Part shown: positions 10,116 through 20,857 of the stretch, piece after piece | Position numbering within the stretch: the first letter of the stretch is position 1 | Layout of the letters: each line of letters begins with the position of its first letter | Source of the DNA: Gonapodya sp. JEL0774 | Taxonomy: Eukaryota | Length of the DNA: 64,000 nt | Reading direction: 5' to 3' | NCBI GenBank assembly: GCA_027604505.1 | Contig: JADIIX010000124.1 | Location: 1 to 64,000 of the forward strand | Made by a program: the position numbers and the translations under genes | The notes under the pieces: generated by a model | What the model was told of the DNA's origin: nothing | Databases searched by the model: none | What the model saw: the letters and a program-made list of their open reading frames with translations, nothing else

Positions 10116-13100
10116 TTAGGACGGCGCACATGAAAAGGGAGGTATTAAAACAAGTATGATGCTCACGTCAACGATTGTGTCAACGATGCAATCACTGTTG
10201 TTGCTGCCAGTTACAAAGGAACGACATGACACATAAGTCTCATCCATCTTGCAGTTCATGTCGACAAATGGCGAAATTGACTTCGATCGGGGAATGTGTG
10301 TGTTTTGATCACCGATTGTGCAAGAAATCGAATATGATGTTTCGGTGAGCGTTTTTCTATCATAAGATGGAGCAATGCTCTCCACGTCCGATTTCATTAC
10401 GAGTGATGGGCTTGCAATTTCCGCACAGGATTTCTGTAAGGAGATGACGAGACTTAGACGGCGTGACGATAGGAACTGGTGACGGCATACGAACACGTAC
10501 GATCTTATGGGGGTCAGGCCCCAACGTGGAATTGATTCCAGCTATTATCTCCGAAAGTTCCTCTGTTTTGTTCGAGATTTGCAAGTTTTCCCCCGAAACA
10601 GAATCTTTTGAGAAAATTCTGCCTCCTTTCTCCACGTCGCCCGTGAATGTCTTAACAGCTTCAGTGGGAAGCTATGGGTGCAGAAGAAATGATGTCATTT
10701 GACTTCTGAATGAACGAAAACTCCAGATAGCGTACAGAACCACTCACTGCCAAAGCATCTGTGTCCACCGTCAACAAAATGCCTGCATGTCTTGCGCTTT
10801 CATTCAGGTGCCAAGCTTCCTTCCCAATTAGAATATCCGAACTTCCCATGACGGAGTAAGTGGCATCCGTCGATACCTCGATGAACCCGCAAGAATGAGA
10901 GCCGCCCAATGGCAAGTGTACGGGTGAATGCTCACCTCAGTAGCAATATCTTCGCATTCTGATTTCATACCATTCCCCGGCTGACATTTACTGTCTTCAA
11001 GTGGATCTTCGAAGACAATCTATGCACACACAATCAGCGTGGTACCGATAGAGCGTATCAATCTCAACATACGATTTTGGTCTCTTCTCTGCTGTCAAGT
11101 TCCTGAACTTGATCCCTAGGACCGTGGTTGCGGTTATCGCACGTCGTCTTCAGAGACAAGATGAGTTATCTCTAAACATTTAGATCGAGCGACCGAACAT
11201 TACCCTACCTCTCCAAGATGACTGCTGGATCTCCGCAATATTCTCGTTCCCTTAACGCCTTTCTCAATTTCTTTCTCACTGTCAACGCCAACCTTCGGGT
11301 TTGATCGAAGATGAGCCTTGAATTTCAACACAGAAGATAGCAAGCTCACCTGCATGGAGTCCATGGTGTAGCCACCTTCAACGATTTTGCGTACATACTC
11401 CTTGCCACCCTCCATCTTGTCAACGACAATTTGCTTCAGTACACGGGAAATCACCTTATCAAGTATCCGCAAAGATGTATTCACCTCTTTTGCTTCTTCG
11501 TATTCAGGAGCAGAACCAGTCTCGGCAGAAATATCCTTCAAATGTCAGTGTAAGTCTATGAAGGGTAGGAGACAGAGGCGACGCGAACCCACCTCATTCA
11601 AGAAAATTTCCGTATTAACTCTCCACTCCTCCGTTTCACTTCCAGTGCTCTTTGTTTTATCGCGCGTGAAACCATTGTAGGTAAGCCTCAGTCTGAAAAT
11701 TGCAGTGAAACCCAGACGCGAACTCACTTTGAGCTTTTTCTTGTCACAGCAGCAGGCGTCAGCCTTCGTCGCGTGCTTCTGTTCTTGCGTCTGCTTCTCT
11801 TGTGAACCAGTTTCGTCAGCCGAATCGAATGTTCCCGTCCCGCCAGTCAAACTGGCCGCATCTCGGACACCCTGGGCGCAAGCGTAGAGAACCATGACCA
11901 TATTGAACGACAGATTCAAAGAGCAAACGCAAGAGTAGCACCGCACCAGTTTATCTTGAGCTTCGCACTTAAGGCCGTCAATAGACCTTATATCCCTCTT
12001 GAGACCCATCTCCGTGGGCTGTGCCTTGCAGTTCACAATCGACGGACCCAGTTCAATACGCAAGTCAGACTTGACAGTGGTGCGTCGTTCAGGTATAAAG
12101 TTGTCGTGTCTCTTTTCACCAGAACAGCAAGAATCGATGAGCTGACTGATGCAATGGCTCATCACAATCACCGATGTACTCACATCGATCACACTGAATT
12201 CATAATCCTTGCTCGAACTAGAAGTTTCAGTGTCATACAGCTCTTGCGTGCCGATCTTTGTAAAATACATGTGCTTCAGACCGTTTGAAAATATGGAAGG
12301 CTACGAAAAACTTACAAGTTTGCCGTAGATATCGCAAATGACCCCAGAAGCTTGCTCCTCGCGAGGTTGGCAGTTGTTCGATTTCCCTTCCAGAATCTTA
12401 GAACCGCCCACGAGTTATCGACAAGCTCACAGACGGAACAACAGCCACATACCTCCCACAGTCCATCACCAACCTTCATCAAAGGACTCGAGCTCCCAGT
12501 GCAGTTCTCATTTTCGTTATCGTTCTCCTGTGTACTCTCCATCTTCTCGTGGACGTCGACCTCGAGGATATGACATGTGGAACTGTCATTGGCACCGGAT
12601 AAGAGTTTACTTTCCAGTTTCTCTTGGACGTCGACCTTCGGGATGTGTTTTGGAGGACTGGCATTGACACCGGAGAAAGATCGAACGAAACATACCTGTA
12701 GACCCTTTGCATCGCAACAAGCCACAAATATTTCCTGTTCCGCTCTAGCAATCTTCTCAAGCAACTCGTTGACTTCAGCCTTTCCACGCGGCGGTCAGCG
12801 TACATCTCTCAATCAATGGACGCTGTCGAGAAAATACCTCTTTGGCATTTCCACCAGTAATAATCTCACTTCTTCCTTTCTTGTTGATTGATACATCCTC
12901 CTTCTTGTCACAGATGGCACATAATATCGTTCGATCGTGATGATGAGCTCTAGCCAACGAACCAAATTGACGATTGACGCACCACCTTTAATTCCACAGC
13001 AGTAGCGATCTCCAAGACCCTTCTTCCTTGTCGAATGTTCTCAACGATTGTCCCCAAGTTCATCTTGAGTTCAGCATCGTTCTGACCAAGCAGATGGGAA

Positions 13101-13630
13101 CGGATCTCGAACTCCTTCTCGGTGCAGAGCCTCTCGATGCTCCTCGGCTTGATGCTCTTTGCGCTCTTGAATTCTCCCTTCGACTTCAAGATCCCGTCGT
13201 TCTTCGTCTCCCGAGTACTCATCTCCCTTCCCATCCCAGCCATGAACTCAGACACATCGCCACCACCCTGGGCGACAGCATAGAGGGCGAGGCTGTTCAC
13301 CACAGCCGTAGCGGCGCCACTAAAGACGCGTACAATCGGTTTTAGTACCCGAATCTTAGACTTTTTGGAGACATTTCCGTTGTCGGCGATCTGGCTCTCT
13401 CCCTCTTGAGCTTGCTCGACACGGCCGTGCATCAGGCCGGTACTGACTACCCTCGAGCTCTTCAAGCGATCGGTTGTAATCTTGGACGCGATAGATGGGA
13501 GGACGAACCACCGAGGCTTGGGGATTGATGGGAGACACTGGGAGGACGTGGAAGAGGAGGAGGAAAGGGAGGAAGAGGGAAGAGCGAGAGTGGTGGAAGA
13601 TGCAGAATGCATGATGGAGACAGCGATCTT
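10116..13630 (-). pseudogene. Interrupted coding-like region upstream of the kinase, with internal repeats
   Basis: Six or more protein-like minus-strand ORFs in shifting frames (10116-10496, 10360-10635, 11200-11541, 11545-12270, 12312-12764, 12950-13819). An in-frame TAG lies just before the kinase ORF. Confidence 0.4.
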
Positions 13631-13709
13631 GTGTGCGATGCGAGAATACGAGATTCTGTACTCCGTGCGCGAGTGTGGAATGGGAAGACGCGACTGCCCT
13701 GCGCAAGGG

Positions 13710-13825
13710 GTCGGAGATTTTTTTTGTCCACAGGCAGAGAACCCAAGCCCTGTTAGGCGACGCAAGGAAAACAAATTTAGAGACTGACCAGTGACCTGGA
13801 AGGATCTTTGGCGATACATTTCTTA
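13710..13825 (+). repeat. Dispersed repeat family B, copy 2
   Basis: Direct, diverged copy of 4850-4979. Confidence 0.85.
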
Positions 13826-14011
13826 AAGTTTCTGTACCGGCACGACCCACTGCGGAGGTTTCTTGGGACAAGTTCATTCCAACCACCAACCGTGACATGT
13901 ATGATGGGAGAATGCGTTATCTCAACGCTTTTAGTCAAATTTCTCCATTATATCAATTGCATGTTTTCAAGTGTTAGTTTTTCGAGTTTTTCGGATTTTT
14001 CGGAGTCCTCT

Positions 14012-17000
14012 CTACGCATTGACGCCGACCATCTGCTTTACATCTTCAATTGCATTACCCTGAAATAGCATGATAGAGCGCGTTGGCGTTTTATTGTCAG
14101 ACGAGTCAGCAAGCCGAGACACTTACCGTTAATTTCAGATCAAAGGTGTCCACTAAAAACTGCAGCGCAGCGGGTCTGATGAAAGCTGGTGCCCTCGGCC
14201 CCACTCGAATCTGTGCAAAAAAGCAGTGAGATATGATAAGTTAGTCAAGTTTGATGTTCAGCAGGATACTCACCCCCTTGATATTAAGGTGTAGCAATGT
14301 AAGCAAAACTGCGATAGCCTTTTGCTCAAACCACGAGATGACCAGATTAAGCGGAAGCTCATTAACAGAGCACTTGAAGTGATTTGCAAGAGTAACTGCA
14401 ACCTGAACCGCTCCATAGGTGTCGTTGCACTGTCCCATATCCAAGAGTCGTGGTATGCCGGTTTTTCCGATCGTGGCATACTGCAATTTATCACCGAGAA
14501 TCCTGTACTTTCCACATCCAAGGGTCAGAACCACAGAAGTGGAGGGCAAATTCTCCATTACATCGGTGTCTGCACGGTGACGTGACCCAAAGAAGAAATT
14601 AGTCAGTCACTAGATTCTCATTGGGGGATTAGGGCGATACGTACAGTAGCTTCTCTCGCCCTCGAAGCCATCGCATCCTGAGCACGAAAATAAATTGGGT
14701 TAAAAAGATAATGATAAGTTCAGGCAATGTTCGCACCAACCTCCGATGACGTAGAACCGTGTGATGTCTCCTTTGCCGATGGAGTCAATGACCGTGGGAG
14801 CGACCGAAAGGATAGTTTCAAGGCCGAATCCCACATTGTAGCTCTTCGCTGGCTTGCCGAAGGGATCTCTCGGGTATGTGTACTCTTTATCCGTGTCCGA
14901 GAACCCTGCCATTTCTTGTGCCATTTTGATGACTTCGGAATAATTGTAATTTTTCACCACTGGACAGCCAGGGAACGCAACAGCACTGTAGAATGGTTCC
15001 AGTAGAGTGTCTATGAGACGGAATCCAGAATTGCGATGCCGACCTCTCGGAACTCACCCAGCGGTGAAAAGCCGGTTCTTGATATCGTCTTTCGGGGGAG
15101 TTAGGCAATTCGTTGTCATCTTAGATAAAGAAACGTGCGTTGAATGCATTATTCAGTTAGGAAACCTAAGTTGTAAAGTATTCACCACGATGGGGCCTGG
15201 GAAGTGCGGAAACTCAATCGATTGCCTTTGCCTGACAGTACCGAAGAGAGTCACGGTTTGGGGTTCAAGGAATGCTTAGGGCTGATCAAAAACATTCAGA
15301 GTGCAAGGACCAACCATGCCACGCCAAAGTGTCCCACAAGATTGCCGTATTCTCGAAGTTTCGGGTATCCATGGGCTTTAGTTGACAACATGAAGACACA
15401 CAGAATGAACCTAACCCACTCTCACAAAGCCCTTCGCCAAAAACAACCCACCTGGAAGCATTTCCCCGTGGGTGTAGATGTTGATTCCAGTGCCCTTCGT
15501 TTGCTCCAAGAGCTCTTCGAGATACTTCATGTCGTGTCCGGAAATCAAAATGGCCTTGCCAGGAGAAGGAGCGATAGGAACAACGTGTGGGCTCTGCGTA
15601 CCGTGCTTCGCATTGCCTTTGTGAAGGGTCTCCATTGTGATCAAGTTCTAACCATGGACCGTCAACAACGCGTTGCAGGCTATCACAGTAAAGTATTTGA
15701 TACTCACCGCTTCACCACACTTCAGTAACATTTCAACGACTTTGCTCAAATCCCCCACATCAGGTGAAAGTGTGAATGCCAGCGCCTCGTTGACGAAATC
15801 AAAGATGCGGATATCCTCTTCTCCCATTAACACAGCGTGGTCGGCATACGCCGCCACTCCTTTGAGACCGTACTATAAAATGCAGATGGAGTAGGTTGCT
15901 AAAGGAATGCGGAGCTCAACGCCAACTCACCACCAACATCTCCGCCAATCCAACAACGACATCATTCTTGATGGTCTTAAACTTTGCCAGCACTCCAACC
16001 AATTTACCCTTCTCCGCCAGGATAGTAGCATCTGTTATAGTACCACTCAAATCTGGGATAGGACATTTGAGCTCCTTTTCGGCGAGGCTTATACACAACG
16101 CCTGGTAAACTTTTTGTCTCTCTGCGACGTGGTTGCTGCGGTCGCATGGATTGAATTTCAGAATGTCATGAGCACAATAGCACGATATTTCCTTACATAC
16201 CGAGTGCCCACGATATAGTCCCGAATGGAGTCCGGGTCGAAGTTGACATTTGTCAATGTCGAGAACAGCGCGAGCAGCGTAAACCTATCCGAATCCCGTA
16301 GTCTGATTGATTCTTCAAGAGCAGCGGCAATGACGCTGGATTTGGTGGCCGCGGTCCCAGCAAGTACACGGATTTGGTGGTTGTACCAGCCTAGACGCTT
16401 GACGCAGTCCACGAGGAGATCTTGGAGGGCGGCAACTGCGAACAAAAGAGTTATGAGCCATACCGCCAGACACTCAGCAGCACAATAGAATGCTGATTCG
16501 ACCCACCTTCGGGAGTTTTCCCACAGACTCCGATTCTACGAGACAAAATAAAAAGCCCCAAAAAACACTGTCAGCGCTCCCGCATATCGTCCTTCCCAAA
16601 TAGCCGCAACTCACGTCGTGCACCCTTTCGCCTGGAAGGTCTGCTCACACTGAAAACAGAGCATCTTACTCCCTTCAAAAACAGTTGCCAACGGCTTCTC
16701 CGACTCGGCCTTGACAGAGTAATCTTTCAGGAGATTCTCGACATCCACCTCTCTCGTAAACGCCTCCACATTCCACCTGTTTGCAGTTCCGGGAGTTGTG
16801 CTCTTGAGTTCGGCGAGTTCGGCGGCTGCTGCTTGTGGGTGAAGATTCCGAGCGTTTGCGATGCATTCTTGAATAGACTGCTCGACGACGGAAGGAACTA
16901 CGCCGCCGGGGCCGGTGTAGATGTAGACACCGTGGTTTTGAAGGGTTACGGATACGCTGGTCGACTTGGCGATCTTTTCGGTGATCTAATTGTGCATGCG

Positions 17001-19519
17001 ACGAGTTAGCATTGAGGATTGTTCGATTTTCAGACAGTCAATCAGTGAGGCTCACAAGGGTTCCCTTATCCATCGCGGCAATCTCAAGCTGCAACCCACG
17101 GAACCACCAATCAGACGCAAGCCCACTGACTGAAACACAAACCCAGAATGCCTAACCTTGCACACTCCTTCCTTCTCAAACTCTTTCAGTTCATCTCCAA
17201 ATACAAAGTCTTTGTCCTCGTCTCTGAACCCGTAAAACAACTGAATCGTGCTCGTTCGCTTTCCTGCCTTTCGAAGCGCGCTCCAGTGTTGGAGGAGCCC
17301 ACGCATAACGCCAATACCGGTGCCTGTACGTCCATCACGAAGATCACTCATTCGAGCGCTCTACGGTTTGAGTAATGATTGGCACCCACCGAGCCCTACC
17401 CCTACGATGGGCGTTTCAGGCACTGGCACAGTAATTGGTCCCTGCTGAACCTTGACAGCAACCGTATCTCCCGCCTTCAGGCTACTCATGTACCCCGTAG
17501 CCAACCCTTGGAACCGATTCACCGGGTTCGATTTCACTGCCCACGATTCTTTTATGTAAAGGATGTCGGCAACGCTGGGGGACGTGAGAGGCGAAGTCGC
17601 AATGGAGTAGTATCTAACGACGTGTGAGCGATGGAGACATAACTTATGAGTGAATACGGTTCCTCTCAAAATCTCCAGTCTCAATGAACCCACCTAGCCT
17701 GCAACCTTGGCACGGTGGAAAGCACCTGCTCCAGCGTCATTTTTGCCGACGGCCACTTCTCCATCGCATCAACCACCGAAAATACTTCCTGGGTTGTCAA
17801 CTTGGCATACGCATTGCCATCCTCCATCCCCTCGGCAAGATCCAACAGCGCATCCCGGTCTGATGGGTCGGAAGCCACCACGGACATGGCTTCGAGGAAG
17901 CTTCGCGTGGCAAGACCAGCCAGATCAACGTGGTGAGTGAGGATGGTGGAAAGTTTTGCGGTCATAGGAGACCCGGTATCTACGGGAGTGAGGGTGAGTG
18001 CAGTGGAGAGAGTCACGCCACCAGGGAGGAGGAGAGATGAGAAGGCGCGGGAGACGAGGGAGGAGGGATTCGAAGGGGAAATCTGCGGGATAGAATAGTA
18101 GCATAGAGAGATTTATTAGCAGTTTTCGAAGAGCTGCAGTAGTGAGAGATGAATGAACTACTCACCAAAACATGTCCTACCAAAGGATACTCTCCCGTCT
18201 CTAGTGAAAGCACCTTAATCTCCCTATCACTCGCGGGCTTGGAAACGATTTTGTTGTCCTTCACGGTCACGCGGCGGAACCCTTCTGGAACATCACCACC
18301 TACCACCGCATCAGCAGTGGCAACCGCGATGCGCACAGACACTGGCAGGGATGATGTGGTGGTTCCGGTGGTTCCGAGCCTTTGCCAAACGGATTTGCAA
18401 AAGGGACGGAAGGTGGACTCGAATCCGCCGAGGGAGGATTCGTCTGCGAAGGCTGCGGTGGAGGAGGTTTAAAATCATGGATTGGAACTGAGTGGGGCCC
18501 AAGAAGAGCGTGCGAGGTTGTGTACTTTACCTGCGGGAACGAGCTCAGAGACCTTCAGCTCCCAGAGTCGAGAGTCGAGCCGGCGTGCTGCAAGGTTGAA
18601 GTTGTCCTGTTGGGAAGTAAAGTAGCGGTAGAAACAACACAGGAAACACAACAGACCAAAAGAAATAAAGAAGGTATCAGGCTTGCTTCAAGCTGGTGTA
18701 AAAGATGCAAGGATGTATCCCACCTTGTTGGTCTTGTTTCCCAATCCAAATACTGACACGGTGCAGTTCTTGAGCCGTTGCGCTGTGAGCTTTGTGTCGG
18801 CTCTTTCTAGTTCTTGCCAGAACGAAACAGCATTGTCGGGGAATTCGCCTTGGAAGAGAACACATTACGAAGGCATGTGGGCGAATGAGCTTCTATTCTC
18901 GGCTTCCCTTTGAAATGAAAATTATGTGGTGCACGCACCATTGTAAAACGTGGATACCATCACTATCACGTGGATCTCTTGCGCCAGAGTTTTCACAACA
19001 CCACCCGATGCACGAGCGTTGTTGACGAAGTCTGCCATCGACATGAGACGTGTAGGGATTCCACGAGATTTGGCAAAAGCGGAGAATGTTTTGGCGAACG
19101 CCTAATTCAGTATTTGTAAGACGATGCGAGTGAGTTGAAACACGTCATTTCATGAGACATGCGACTTTATTTTCTCACCTCGGTCGTTCCCGTCTAACCG
19201 AATCAAAGAAAAACCAAGTTGGTAAGAGTGGTTCTGTGGAATAGGAAAAGCCCAGCTAACGGGGACACCCGCCTGACTCCCGAAGAGCACGAGAAACTTG
19301 GCGTCCTGTGGAGCCGACTTAACTCCCGCCGCAGTCACCGTACGAAACTGCCTCGATAGCAGGTTTTGTGGAGTCGACTTTGCGCTGGAGAGAGTTGAAC
19401 ACGGGCAAGCGGGACAAGAAGGGAGATGAAACTCGACAGATTCTCCCAAGTGTCGCCGCCAGAGGCAAATGAAAAAAGTGCTCCACGTACCCGCCAGCAA
19501 GATCTTCGATGTCAGCCAT
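14012..19519 (-). CDS. hcp: Diflavin (flavodoxin + FAD/NAD(P)H) reductase fused to hybrid cluster protein (hydroxylamine/NO reductase)
   Basis: Spliced product: [10 protein letters not shown]...LVLFGSQTGTTE...STFYNGEFPDNA...FGLGN (FMN domain); [44 protein letters not shown] (FNR-like domain); then [78 protein letters not shown] and ...MVGVNA* (HCP). Confidence 0.93.
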
Positions 19520-20857
19520 TGAAGATTCAGAGTGTTGGGAATTCGATGCTGTTGTTTCTTCTCATTCCGCCTTCTCATATACCAGGAACATCGTTCTTCC
19601 ACGTGACTCACGCAGAGGCGAATCCTTATTGCACGTAAACAAAGAGTTTTGGATCTTTTATGTGTTTATCACATCAAAATGGAACCCGCTGGGATAAGAA
19701 AATCGTTCTCTCGGCGATGCCTTAGATTTGCTTTCACTTGGAATGGGATGCAGGATGGGAGCAGGTCTGGCGTAGGGTAGCCATCGCTCAAGAGATTCCG
19801 ACGTTCGACTCGGGGTTGCCCTTCATGCGTCGACGAGTATTCACAATATTCATACGTCGAATTTGGTGTGAGTCAGGCATGTCCGATGAGAGGAGGCCAG
19901 CCTTGGCTCCCTCCCGCCGCCGACACCCCCTTACTATCCGACGCCCAAGGTTCTACGCCGTATAAATCCATTTATCATTCTGTACTTACGACGAAGTACA
20001 ATTACCACCCCCGCGCATTCTCGCCATCCCAACCCCGTCCCCACTTATTTTTCCGTTCCGCCACTCATTTGCTACCTCCCTCCTTTTCGTGCCACAGTCA
20101 GGAGGAACACGGTTGGGGAATTCCTGGTTGTTGGTACTGAAACAACCTAATCGGCGAGGGCGGTTGTTGGTTGAACACGGCAATTTCACGTGGCAACAGA
20201 TTCGACCGCAGAAATGTGTCATACATTTACAGTACAGTCTCGATCGCAGGCGCCTGCACATTGATGGTAGGGAAACCTTTTTCTGTTGTTTTACAAGGAA
20301 AGTCAGAGCGCACAGATGGTGGACAAGAAAGGCAGGTTGTTCCTTCGCGGACGTTTGCATAAAAAACGTCAAGTGAGATCCACAGCTTTATTGATTGATC
20401 ATGACATTTACGGTCGCAGTGTGTCCATCGTCGGTGGTTGTTCCGCACTACGACGCTTGAAAGAGCTGCCTGGTTTGTGGCGCGGTGTCTCATTAAAAGA
20501 TCAAAGCCGGGCTTGTTGTGGAGGAGACCCACTAGACATCTTACAGCGGACCGTCACTCGGAGTTTCGGGTTTGGCCCGGTCGCTGGACGCAGAAGTTTC
20601 GAATGGGTGCTACACTAGTGTCGTTAGGGCACCTGTTAAACAGAGGAACATGCTGTGGTAGTGCAATTAATGAGATGCTGAAATCGGGCCGACTTGCATT
20701 CTTTACCCGGTGTGAACGAACCAGTGTTGGGGCCAGCGTGGAACCCACAACCGAACCTTTCCACGTTGCTTCCACTTCTTCTTTCTCCCACCGTCACCAA
20801 AACTTGGTTTTCCCCTATTTTTCTTCCCTCACTTACTCTCCGCTTCTGCTCACCGAA

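Noticed and set aside
19745..19825. Possible tRNA suggested by a GTTCGACTC T-loop-like motif
   Set aside because: The flanking bases do not form a 5-bp T stem, and no acceptor stem or cloverleaf could be built.
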